From Marsupella aquatica (Eukaryota > Plantae > Marchantiophyta): a stretch of DNA of 64,000 bases. Each line of letters opens with the position of its first letter. The stretch's first letter is position 1. The position numbers were made by a program, and so were the translations under genes. This document shows positions 1 through 12,900 of the stretch, piece after piece. Below the pieces are notes generated by a model that made no database searches, was not told the DNA's origin, and worked only from the letters and a program-made list of their open reading frames with translations. The DNA lies in assembly GCA_973895155.1 (NCBI GenBank), contig OZ316894.1, positions 26,583,240 through 26,647,239 of the forward strand, in the 5' to 3' direction.

Positions 1-513
1 GACTTTAATATATGATGATAGCTTCAGCATTTCGCATCACTGGAAGTCACGAACTGTGGCTTGAGAAACCTGCTCATTATAAGTGTTCTCTAAAACAAAA
101 AGATTGTATCTGGCATTCAACGATCACAGTGACCATAAAGGGAGCCCATAATATAGGTATTGATTCACTATTATCGGACATAAACACCGCTGCAACCTTC
201 ATAGTACAGTTTGACCATGGAAACTAACAGGTGGTAAAAAAAGAGCTTGCATATGCATTCAAACAGCAACGAGCTGATGGCAGCAAAGGAAATCCTTCCT
301 GAACAAATTGCTCAAGGTTGTCATGTGATCTAAGCTAGTATGGCTCCCCCTCACATACTGGAGAGATACCAGTTAAATTGCCATTCAGAAGTGATTTGTT
401 AAGGAATCCAAGGCTCCACGCCAATCAAGCTCTTTTCATCTACTTACAAAACGAAAGTACTTTGCATAATTAATCATTGTACTATTCAACTTCGGACAGG
501 AGATTCATCTGAC

Positions 514-3500
514 CTCGAGCTTGCAGATAGGAATGGGAACAACATTCCCTTTTCTCTGCCCTGCCAGAATGCCCTGCAGAGACAAAGCCTTCGTTAAAGT
601 TCGGGCAACTAGTGACGTGCATAAGCCTTCAGGTTGATCTATTCCCATGTAGATCAGCTCTTTTGTACCTCAACGAAATCTCTGGAGAAGGGAATATCTT
701 TTTATTAGGAAACAAAAGGAAAGAAAACACAATACCAGAAGTGAAGAAAATGGCACTAACCTCCCATAACCTAGTATACTTCAGAGAGTTGGAACCAGGC
801 TGCTGTGGTGGAGTCCCAGTGGTGGGTACGGGAGGAAGAGGCGCTGGAACTCCTGTATTAGTATTGACTCCATGTGGCTGCACTTGACCTGGTGATTGAG
901 GCACTGTTGTCGGCATCATTGTCCCGGTCACCGAAGTTCCAATTGCAGTAGTTCCATTTGCATTTCCAACACCACCCATTATGGTTTGCCCAGGAAGAAC
1001 AAGCCCGGTTTGAACCATTGGGTTCAAGGGATTTAGGCCGCTTTGACTACCTAATCCAGTAACGGATCCCTGCCCAGTAACTGGACCTCCAACATTTACA
1101 GCTGATGGAGGTTGTGAAGACCCCATAATAGTGTTACCACCTAGTGTTGTTGAGCCAGAACTATAACTAGGATGCACAGTCCCAACACCCACACCTTGAC
1201 CACCCCCTGTGCTAGGGATCAAGCCAACACCACCGGACTGTCCACTGATACCCAAAGTACCCTGCGGTCCTGATAAGGAACCAGTTCCCCCACTGGCAGT
1301 TGGCATCATTGTCGAAACTGGCACTCCAACCCCAGAAGGTTGCAGCCCACTTAATGGGCTGGCTGGTGGCAAGGACGGAGAACCGATTGTATGGCGTGAT
1401 TGAGAGGGACTATGTACCATCATGTTATTATTAGGGAGACCACTTGCACCAACAGATCTAAGTGGTTGTGAAGCAGGTATGTTTCCAAGAGCCTTGAAGT
1501 CCGGGACTGGATCCTGAGAAGTCAAAGAAGTGAACGATTGAATTGTATCTTGACTGGAAATGGGGGCGGAGGATGCGACCGGCTGCATTGGAGCTGTAAG
1601 GTTGTTGTTTGTATTGGTCTGCAGAAGGGAAGGAAGTGCCCCCGATGTGACTGCCTCCTGAAATAAGCAACGTGTCAATTACCTTTGACAAGGAACACAT
1701 CAATTATGAGCTTAAGAAATACGGCCATAAAGGAAAACTACGAGGCAATAAACATGATCAGAAAAAAAGTGTAAAGAAGCACCGTTTTCACAGTGATAGG
1801 TTGCATAGGCATATTTGGCCCTCGTCCAGACATGACTCCAATTCCTGCCATATCAAAAAAGAAAATCAATCGCAACCAAAACTTTTAAATTTCTGCACCA
1901 AAGCAATCATGTCCTTTTACCCAGTAAGATCAACTCGTACCAAAAACCGAGTGACCTACTCCTCACTGAAATCAAAGAATGTTTTTGGTATCATACATGT
2001 CTTCCGTGACAGCATATAGGAACCAACAGCAATAGGATAATTTAGTTAGTATATACTATTGCCTTTCCTTTTTCTAATTTGTTAGTCCGTTGATGTGAGA
2101 GGATAAGTTTCCTTTGAGACCTAGTAATCCAACATAAGAGACTATTAGACAACCAGTTCTATCTATCCGCTTCTTTATTCCTATCTATGAAAATGGTGGA
2201 TGGACGTATAAGCGGGCTTGCATAGTTGGTTACCTATTTAGTAAATTACTTCCTCATTTATTCCAGATCCAAAGGTCTTCGATGACCGGGCTGTGAACGG
2301 TTCCATGTAACAGAGCGAGCACTCCCAGAACCAGGAACGAATGGCATATTCCTTCCGTAAATGACCAATTTATATTACCAGTTTAAATAAAGTTGGAGAA
2401 GGGAAGTTGAAGAATAAATAATCATCATAATACCCACACTCTGAATGAAACCCCATTCACTATGTTCATGCAGTTATGTGTTATGAAGGCCAGGGCAATA
2501 GCGAAAAGGGCCGTCCATATTTTGGTCGTTTCTAAAATTATACCAAGCTTAATGCAAGTAGACTATCAAGCCCAATACCTTGACCTGCTCCAAAGATTCA
2601 GTATTGAGATGGTAACGAAACGCAGGCACAAGTATACAGCCATCCTAAATTGCAAGTAGAATCAATTTGCTAGCATTCGACCATGGCTTTTATTTACCGG
2701 ATGCGCCTCCTAATGGCTGCCTTACTCCGGCTCCTTGAATCTGCGAACCTGTTGAGGCTGTTGGCACAGGCTGCTGCTCAACCTTGGCAGTCAACCCATT
2801 TGAAGCCAAATTGTTGGTCCCCACTGCAGTGCGGTGCAAGGCCAACCTTGCTTCTAAAAAGTTCTCAGAGAGAAGCACCAGGTGTTGCGCATATTGCTTT
2901 TGGGGCTCTGGAGTAGGCTCAGTGGTTCGTCCACCACGCTTACCCTGCACAACAGGAGATACTAAATTAGCCCACCAGCAATCCATTCACAGCAGGAAAG
3001 CGTAAGTTAACGCACGAACAACACGAAAGGGTCTATTGAAACTATTTGTGACAACGTTTCATAAAACTATCAAGCATAGCGTTACTGCACCCTCTCTTGG
3101 CTGAATAGACCGTTGACACAATCTTTCAGCTTTGCGAGCCCTCCGGCGAAGGTCACTATCAGTCAGAGAAGTGTCTAGATCTGAACGCTAAGAACGATGT
3201 ATGATGGCTATAATTGGAGCTGATGCTATACCGATCATTCATGGAAGATCAATTAAAGGTATAGGAGTTCCTGTCCATTCTTGCGCCGAGACTTTAGAGA
3301 CTTGCTTTTCACAGTGTAGAGTAAAACCTAGGTACGCAATGAGCAAACTACCTGGGCAAAGACATTGCGCAATTGTGGCAATTGTCTTGGTGCAACAACT
3401 GAGAGGGACACGGAACACTGCAAAGCACAAACAGGACAGGCCAGATTCTAGATTAGAACATCAACATTCCCCGTTTGCCTACCCAGCATATCAACGACAA

Positions 3501-6008
3501 GGTCTTGCTGTGTCAGCACCTTTGAACAATTATTTTTATTTTATTTTCAATCCTCGTAGCCTACAGGCAAGAAGATGGGGTGCCCATCGTGTTGAAGGAA
3601 AACCCTTGCCAAGATCACAGATTGAAGAGCTGTGAAATATTAGCGCGAGCAAGAGGGACTTCTGTTTCACCTGCTGCCATCACATAGAATCTGGAATGTA
3701 GCGAAAGGGCAGATGCTTACTTTACAAATATGCTTGTGAATGGCACGCAATTTGTACAAGGCAAATAGCAAACGTACCAGGGAAAATGCTTGAGCAATTT
3801 GATCAGCATCAGCAAGCCACCAATGTTCGTTGAAATCTCCATTGCTGCTGTGCGACTGCATAGACACTGGCGGACTAGGGACAGGACTAGCAACCCGGCA
3901 AGGGTTTGACGCAGCTATAAGCATAACATGTTTTTGGAAGTCTCTCCCTGGGGGCGCCGGAGGAACATTTGGTCCAGGGCAACACATCTGGCAAGTACCA
4001 GCATGATAATTAGAATCAGAAAGAAATCCTTGACCCATTCCATCTCTCTTAACTGACTTTGGCAGTGCAACATCGTGCCTTCGGGACACTTAAAGTGTTG
4101 TGAAAAAGCGAGTTGAAATTTCACTGAATATGATTCACAAGATATGCAATTCCCATTTCAAGCTCAGTTGATTGACAAACTCAACGACGTCATGAAGCAC
4201 TCCATCAAACCTATCTTCCCCAATCTCTCAAAAGAGCAACTCACCAGGAGAGCCTCCGCAAGTCCCTCTGCAACAGCACCATCTCCGTAGCCTCCACCCG
4301 TGAAAGGTATCGCAGAAAGCCAACGGAAAAACACGTCTACACTTGAAGTCCAGCCAGTTTGCTGTAGAATACAACCTGAGCCATAATTGAGAGCCACAAT
4401 TGCAGTCAAGAAAGCAAAGAATGCACAGTTTAATAATTCTTTCCATTTACTGGTTACACAGTTGCACGCAAAGTTCAGTTCAGACGCAATGATGCGACTT
4501 AGAAGGCTCTGGCTCTGGCTCAATCACTGTCAGTGTCAACCATTGTTAATGTACCTTTATTATACTTTTAGTTTTCCGTTCACTTTACTAGTTAGAAGGC
4601 AATTCTCGTATGATCCATTACGGTATCATGAAAGCTAAAGCGTCAGTCATATGGTCACGTGCCCGAGTTATACAAGGGCCAATTTAATGTCAGGAGGTGA
4701 AATATGCCTCTTCCCACTGGGTCCGATTGGATGAGCTTCTTCCCTTTCCTGCTAATCGACATGAGGACGAGGGGGAGGAGAAGGTGGGCTTGAGTGAGAC
4801 ATAGACTGCCGGAACTGAAGGGATTGGTAATTTTTTACGAATCCCGATTGGAACGCGGGATAAAGAAGAAAGAGGCAAGTCTCACGAGAAGCGGAACCCA
4901 AATCTACATATTTAAAGCCAAAAAGTTCCCGGGGAAGGGTGAATATTCGTAGGGATGAAGTCTTCCAGCAGGCATAGGAATTAGTCGAAAGGGATAGTAG
5001 AGAGAAGGCTCATTGCAAAAAATTTCGAAAGGAAAGGGTGTTCGTTCCTTGGGAAGAGCTGGGAATCACCCGGAAAGAAAAAGTGATGATTCTCATAATG
5101 AAGAGACTTCAGGGGAAATTGAAGGCCCCCAAGGTACACTCCAAATTTGAACGCTGTCGCTGGTATAGCCAAAACTATAAATTCCAAAAGCCTTACTTTC
5201 GGGGCAACGAATGTACATAACCCGTGACTCATAAATTTGTCTGAATTGCGATCGAATGAAGAATGGAATTACGGTGGCATACAAGGAATGTGGAAGTACC
5301 ATTCTGTGTGCCACGATTGGTGTACACAACCAGAGCCATATCTCCAGTTGTCGCTGTATGCTTCTGCATCCTCCCACGAAAAAGAATTGGTGCTTTGAGA
5401 AGTATGCCACAAAAAGTAATCTCTAGCATGGTGAAGAGTTCGCAGTTCTTTTTTCCAATCAGTAAAAGCCAAAAGCAACGACCAAACCACCTTCCCTTGC
5501 AAAAAGCATCGGTCGAGACTTTATGCGATATCTATCCGCTATTTCCAGTTCACAACAAGAAATAGTACAATTCTTGGTCACATCGTTCCGTCCACGCGCA
5601 ACCAAGTGGTCTTTTCGACAATTGGGAAAGCACTGATAAGAGGAAAAATAAGCACCTGGCCGCCCGGGACATTGAATGCACCACCCGATCCACAGAATAT
5701 CCTGCACACACAATAACAATTCCCCGTTGGAAGCTCTTTCAAGCAAGGAGAATCCTCACAGAAAGGGCATCAATGCTGTCAATGCTGACCACGGAGCTTT
5801 GCAACCAGAAGGCAGTTCTAAGGGATAAACAATGTCGAAACAGTTGTGCTCATGCAGCCACACATTGAATGAGGGCGACATCCAACCTGACGATCTTTTC
5901 GACGTATTCAGTGAGAAGAAGCTGCCAACTTGGCCCTAAAGCAGCGGTACCCTCGACCACCACGACCAGTTGCCTCTGCTGTTGTTGCTGGGAATTCATC
6001 ATCATCAT
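514..6008 (-). CDS. MED25: Mediator subunit 25 (PFT1); 3' exons lie beyond the left window edge
   Basis: GT-AG exons read on the minus strand: 5887-6008 (MMMMNSQQQQQRQLVVVVEGTAALGPSW, vWF-A start), 5656-5701, 5300-5363, 4245-4375 (QQTGWTSSVDVFFRWLSAIPFTGGG...AEGLAEAL), 3778-3987 (KHVMLIAASNP), 3352-3417 (CSVSLSVVAPRQLP), ~2698/2726-2944 (LVLLSENFLEA), 761-1657 (G/S/P/Q-rich, ending KYTRLWE) and 514-573 (GILAGQRKG..CKLE, start of the ACID domain). The junction between the 2944 exon and the 1657 exon is not fully resolved. Confidence 0.93.
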
Positions 6009-6947
6009 CTTACCCTCTCCTTGTCACTCTCTCCCCCTCACTTAGTCGCCTATCTCACCTAGCATACCGTCGCCTTTCGCGTCTCCTTCAGCGCTCCACA
6101 CAGCCGAAATGCTGAATTTATACGTTCGACTGGCACTACAGCTATCCAAGGCCCGGACGTTGAACTCCAATTTCCTTCGTCACCGATTCTCCAATTCTCC
6201 AATTTTCCCATCCCCTTATATACTTCGTGCTACCGGAATTCGCCTGAACAGAACCATTCGTGCAACCCATGAGGTACAGAGACAGAACACTGGTAACGCC
6301 AATCTGCGGCGCAATGCACAGACAGAACGGAGCCAGCTTTACTTCCTACTGATTAGTTGCTTGTTCACCACGTGTGCCGCCTGTATCCTCGCGTACTGCA
6401 GTGCCCGTCACGCTATTTCTACATTAAAAAAATCGTGTCGACGGAAGACAGGATTTCGCTCTCACATTGGACAATCTCATCACTCCTCAATCGTCACACT
6501 CTCGGTTACCACGCGGATCCGAAATAAGAATTATGCTCCATCCCGCCAGCCCTGCCCTGACTACCTTATCCGACAGCACAAATAGCCGATGCCGTCTGGT
6601 AGCTCGATGACAAAATGGAGCCTGGATTTCCCGAAGCGAGGACCATGGCATCAGCTCCATCGATTTCGTCACTCCCTTGCTCCTCACAATGACCGCCGGA
6701 CACGCCTAAATCCCAAATCAACGCAGCACGATGTCTTCTGAGTGCTGTGTTCGGTTGAAGCTCCTCCTACAGTAGTAGAAATTCCGTTCCTATTACGACT
6801 TTCGGTCAGCACTTTGACGAAGAGACTGCCTTATTCGTTCCCGACAAGGGTTTCTGTACCTTGCGAGCCTTCCTTCTTGTTTTCGTTACTGTTGCGACTA
6901 ATTAAGGGTTCCATGGGGCTGTTTTCGTTACTCTTGCGACTAATTAA

Positions 6948-7363
6948 GGGCTAGGTTCCATGGGGTTGGGAGTGAGGAGTGCACATGTGTGTCAGCATGT
7001 TTGAGCCAATAAGGGCTAGGTTCCATGGGATTATTAGATCACAGCATTCCTTTTCCAGGGAGTGAGGATGTTTGAGCCAATAAGGGCTAGGTTCCATGGG
7101 ATTATTAGATCACAGCTTTGCTTTTCCAGGGAATGAAGAGTGTACAAATAGAGTAGTAGGGAGTATGAGTTTCCTCACATTCACTATTAAACTCTAGTGG
7201 CACCCCTGCCCATGTAGTGACAGTACAGTGCATTTTCATGGGCTCTAAATTGAAAACTCATCATTTAAAATATTGTGTACACGTTGGCATAATTATGGTG
7301 TATTTGGGCCACAGGGGGTGTCAGATGGAGTGATCCTACTCCCTGGACCATGGAACCCAGCCC
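6948..7363. mobile_element. PIF/Harbinger (Tourist-like) MITE with a triplicated left end
   Basis: Left TIR GGGCTAGGTTCCATGG occurs at 6948, 7013 and 7084, each preceded by TAA. Right TIR CCATGGAACCCAGCCC ends at 7363 and is followed by TAA, the 3-bp TSD typical of Harbinger elements. Confidence 0.7.
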
Positions 7364-9999
7364 TAAACTTACTTGCATTCGTTGAAATCAGTAGATGTAC
7401 ACACCCCTTCGCTATCAAACTTGGTCTCTCGCTCTGAGAAATAAACGCCACTTTTTTAAGAAAGTGTAATGTTTAGATTTATTTTTTGGCTGGCAAACTT
7501 GCTGGCCGGAAGGAGTACTACAAATGCATTGCAAAACCAAAATAATAAATGAACCACTATGATAATGTATCTTGCCAGATACCTCACTTCACATGTTTAC
7601 AAAATTGAAAAAGGCAGAAACAATATTTTGCAATCAGATGTTGTCCACAGTTAAGTGGAGACTCTTGGATTGAACTCTTGGGTTATTGGTACCCAAAATT
7701 CTTTTTCCAGTAAGGTACAAGGCATAATATATGTGCTAGAGTACATGACTGTGCTGGCTATAGTATAGTCAGCCATAGAGTACCATTTGGCCTGGAGCAT
7801 TAAAGGAATAGATTGACATGAGAATGAAGATGTTTGGCATGGAGCAAGTAACGGGGAAGTAGATTGACATGAGAAAGGTTTTTGGCCTTTGGCTCTTGAA
7901 AATAGAATTTTCATTCTATGAGGGTTATTTTGTTTTTGCTTCCCAATTATTTCCCTCTTTTTTAATGGTGTTGGAGGAAAGGAAAAGAGGGACGGACAGA
8001 GGCACTAGGAGGGCAAGGGCAGGAGAGTGGGAGGAAAGAAAGGGAGGTCACGGGGGAAAAAAGTAAAAACATTCTCCCTCCCATATGACATTGAGCAACC
8101 CCTCTAGATCCCACAATGCCTGGACATTGTTATCTGCCAAAGAAGTACATATAGTGGCTGACTCAAAAACTCTCGTAAATTTTAACAAGACTACTTGTAG
8201 TAGCTGTGGTTTAGTAGTGGCACCCACAAATTTCCAGGCTGAGTGCGTCCCCCCATCTAAGAACTTGTCGTCAGTTTGTGCTGTTGTCGGCCACTTAAAG
8301 TCGTCCCTTAGGTTCCTTTTTCATCGATACTAAGTCAGGTTAAACCTTCCAAACTCGATTTTCAGTACATGTCAAGAATAACAGCCCATTGTAGTTGCCA
8401 CGGCCAACTGTCATTCCATCTGGGTATTACTTTTCACAATACGGCTAGATAACTAGCAGATAAATCTAAAAAGTTTATTCTTCATTTTTTATAAAGAAGG
8501 CAGCCAAAGACTGGACCATTCCCCTGATCGACCGAGATGGACTGCTCTGGGTTTACAGTCACACAGAATGACAGAATAGTTTGGAAGGATCTTCGACATA
8601 CACACAATATCAATGAGTATCTCTGGGTACAGTAATCCAAGTTTAAAATTTCATTTAGTATTCAATTGGTCGTTTGAGTAGTCAATTTGGATGATAGTAT
8701 CTCTGGGTAGAGTACTCCGTTAAGATGAAATTCAGTGGTGTCACTTTCAGAAACTAACTTGAATCTATTGGAGGCATAACAGAAGTTTTGGGGGCAGGAG
8801 GGGGGCAAGGGGGAATATAATATCTATGGGTAGAGGGGTTCAATGGCTCTGTTAACCTTTAACAATCCTGCTGTCCTCTGACCATCCATTGTTCATCTAC
8901 TACTTTGTTAAAATTTATGTTACTATATCATAAAGAAGGTTCCGACTGTTCGACTGTTTGAAAAACTCGAAAGGTGTTAAGTGATCAATCAAACTATATG
9001 AGATTATGTGTTCTTAGAGAAGATTCTGACGATCTCCTTCTGATTTATGAAAACCCTTTCCGGCTACATAGTCAACCAAATGATGACCCTTAACCCTAAA
9101 GCCTTTCACAGATTTTAAGTTTTCATAAAACTTGGTTAGTGTAATCCAACTCGCTTTGCTTGATTGAATCAGCTTCATCCGGGCTTCAGCATTGTTATGA
9201 ACAAGTAGTCCAGCGTCACCGAGTAACATTGGCACGAGACCAAGGCAACATTCCAGGTGCTTGGCCGCATGTTCCCAGATCCACACTCATCCTAGGGGCA
9301 CATGCTCGTGTACAGCTAGACGTACGAGTTTGAAAGCCTAAAAAGTTGAATCAATAGCTGTTCAGAATACGCCATAAGTTGACCAACATTGTCATCTCCT
9401 AGCACTTTTTTCCAATCCAGCTACAGTACTCTGTCGCACAGCCGGGTGATGTAAACAACGACACAAGAGGTGTTCATCCAGACTTGCATATAACATCTAC
9501 AATTCTACTGATGAGTAGGCTAACTCATCACACAGTGGTGGTTATGATTCCGAGTTATGATTGCTTGATTATGAGACATTCAATCTCCACATACGAGATA
9601 GACAGATAGCTTGATTTAATTCAAGTTCGAGGAGGATTGCATGATTGATTGACGATTCTCTCAATCCATTCTAAAATATTTTACTTCATGGGTCATTGTT
9701 TATTCTCAGGCTGCAAGTCGATTAGTCGATGGTCTGTATTTCCTCGTGGAGTTTATCAACATATTAAACACGTCCGATTTACACCGCAAAACTGTTTGTC
9801 CCTTGTGGTTCGCTGCCAGGGTCCACTTGAGCCTTACCGGATATCGTGGCCAGTAAAAATGTATTCTCATTCAAATTTGAGAATCCCAAGGCCAGGCTGG
9901 CACACTAGCGACAACATTCGTGAGAGATGATAGTATGCACGTCAAGCGGAGAATTGCTTCCCCATCACATTCTTTCAGAGTGGGAAGAAACTCTCCGCC

Positions 10000-12900
10000 T
10001 TAAGCATAGAACATCTTTCCCATCACATAATCTTTCAGAGGGGGAAGGGACGCAACAGCCTTCGCGATCCTGGCGGACATCAGGGATGAGTCTGATCCCG
10101 AATCATAATTTTCCTGTACAAAGTTGCGACAGTGCTGTGCTGCCAAATGGGCGTAGTACGCTGGTGCAACTGCAGAAGTCAATTACATTAATCTCGTCAG
10201 AGCCTTGAAATGCTGCACATAGTTAAAGTAACTTCGTTAGCTTATCAAAGTAGATTTTCTGGAAGTCCGGACTCACTCACCTACAGATACGGCGCTCGTA
10301 CAGCGTGTGTAACTGATGTCCGCACACATTCAGCCAGTGAGAAGCTTGGTTAGAATCAGTGACGCCACTATAATCCAATAAAGAAGTCCAGTAGATGTTC
10401 AAGCAGTGAATAATACCAAATGCCTCTCATGGAAACCACCGGATTCTAAGATTCTCAGAACTGCAAAGAAATACACCAAGTCATGCTAAAAGTTAACACA
10501 ACCCATGGATTTAACGAGACATGAGTACGCCAACATAAAAGTCAGCTGTCAAAAGGAAAGTGTTGAACCTGTAGCAGAGACTGTTTGTCAAATGCTGGAT
10601 TTCATCAGGAGTAAACTTAATCTCGTCATGCAGTACGTGGTAGTGGGTTGGCCTTGATGTGCCCTGATGAAATAGGCACGACATGAGGAACAGTAATTTT
10701 TTAACATAAGAGAACTTCGGCATATTTGACCAATCACTAATGTATTCGCAATACATTCAATGACTGGGAATAAGGCCCTGATTCTACTGGTAAAAATACT
10801 TACAATGATCCCGGTGTGACTGCAAAGATAGAAATCGTAGTTTCCTGGATGGCAAGGATCTCTGTCCACGATTGTTCCTGGAAATTTTTCTGCGTTAATA
10901 AATGACTCGAAAAAACATTGCGAAGAAGCTCATGACTAACAAGTCGGGACCTGGTAAGTTCGTCGGATACTCCGAACAAATGCGTGGTTACAGCCGGACT
11001 CATTCCTAAAAGAACATTAAAGAAATTGCTGAATCCTGTTCTACTCAGTGCTTGTGGACCTACCCTACTAGTCAGACGTACTCATATAAATAGCACTTTC
11101 AGCATAGAGAAAGGTACAGACCGTAACGTCATCACACTAGGGCCCATATGGAGTCAGCCCAATACCTGGAGCTATGTTATCTTTGGAACCATCGGTTCGG
11201 AAGAACCTAGTATGGTGCCTTTTCTGCACCACTACCAGTGTTATCTTGGGACAATAGTCTGCGCTCAGAGACGCACAGGCTTGTTTGAAAGCTACTAACT
11301 CGTTGTCTAATACTTGATCGAATTGAGATTCACTCACTCCGTCCCTGAAAAATTAGCAAGCCACCGGTTGTAAGTATCCCGGCGTCTGCCTCGTCGTATG
11401 AGATATCTAAAGGACAAGGCAAGGGAAATACCTGAAAATAAGAATCTGTTGTGGTTTGATACTCCTCTTCTCAAAGTTATAAAAATTCAAGAGTAGTTCC
11501 CTGTAAATCATAGAACAGCTGCGTATATGAGACTCCCGATTAAATTAGTCATCGAACTTGACAAGAGGCTTAATCCCATCTCATTCAAACCAGGATCACT
11601 CGAATTGCGAGAGGATAGATTTTGCTTCTAGGAAGTCTATCACTCCAGCTTCACGACCTTTACCTGACCATGCCCGACTTTTCAGTTTCATAGAGACCTT
11701 TGATTAATTCTGTCTTTGCCTCTTGGGCTCTGATGCTAGTCGTAAACCGAGATACCTTAGGCCAGTCGACCGTAGCTACAGCCTGCCATATCCGTTTGCC
11801 ATCATTATCAAGTGAGCATTAAAGTTCATCCTTGACCACCCCAAAATTGCAACGAAGTATTGTAATACATCATCAAACCGGGTGCGTCAAGCGATCCTAA
11901 CTCAGAGATTTGGCGGATAAACAACAACTAACCTGACCTGTGTAGTGGAACTCTCCAACATGGGGAGGTGAGGAACATACCGCTGCAACAGAAGGCGAGC
12001 TTGCATCCCCCGGGGAACCATGAGAAACGTCCAAACCAAAAATAATTGTCGGCACAGTTGAGACTTTCGGCAATAATTTCAGCTCCTCATGAGATAGAAC
12101 TGAGTTGTATCCTCCCCTCTTCCAAAACAAGAGACAACGTAAAGGCATTTCAGCCACCAAAAAAAGCTACTTGCCAACACGAAGAGCAATACAACCGAAA
12201 ATGAAAATGCGCGAGGAGAACACGAAACTCGACTACTTAACTCTGGATTTGCAGAAAGGCCAAGGGAATAAGAAGCAATTTTGAGCATCGGTCTACCTTC
12301 AAGTTGATCTTTAGAGACACGCTTGTAAGGTATTTTGGGTTTACTCCACCCTTTGGAGGCACTATGCACTGGGTCACGATACCAATATCTACTTCACAAA
12401 CCCGCTTAAAAGGAACTGCGCATGCACACATAGTATTATCCCGATCCCTTAGATTCCTCAGTCATTACAAGTTATGATCCACGAGTGCATTTCCTCTACA
12501 ATCTTCTAGAAACCTCATTCCACACAAATCTATGAAGTAACTGAATTCCAGCATACTTTCATACATTTCAAGGGCAAACCTTTCGACCCAATAACAAGAA
12601 AAGAGTTTCATTGAATCCGTCGAATGGCAAAAATTATTTTTTTCTTAGCATATCAGATAGAAAATAAGGAGTACGTACTGTATAGATCCGGCGACCTTTC
12701 CGGTAAAATCGCCAAAATGAATGGTTTATCGTGACCTTCCAGCTTGATAAATTTTCCTAGTAGTCTACCAATTTCATCGACAACCTTTTTCACCCGCTGC
12801 GTAGGAGCAGCATTCTTCATGCTCATGTCCTCCTCAACTAGCACAAATTCTCCCAGTTTCTGAACAGTGATCATAACAGGGGAGTTAAATTCAGGAATAC

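Noticed and set aside
4981-5746. Several overlapping 60-105 aa ORFs, initially suspected to be a decayed transposase
   Set aside because: They are explained by small MED25 exons (5300-5363, 5656-5701) plus intron sequence, and no transposase motifs are present.
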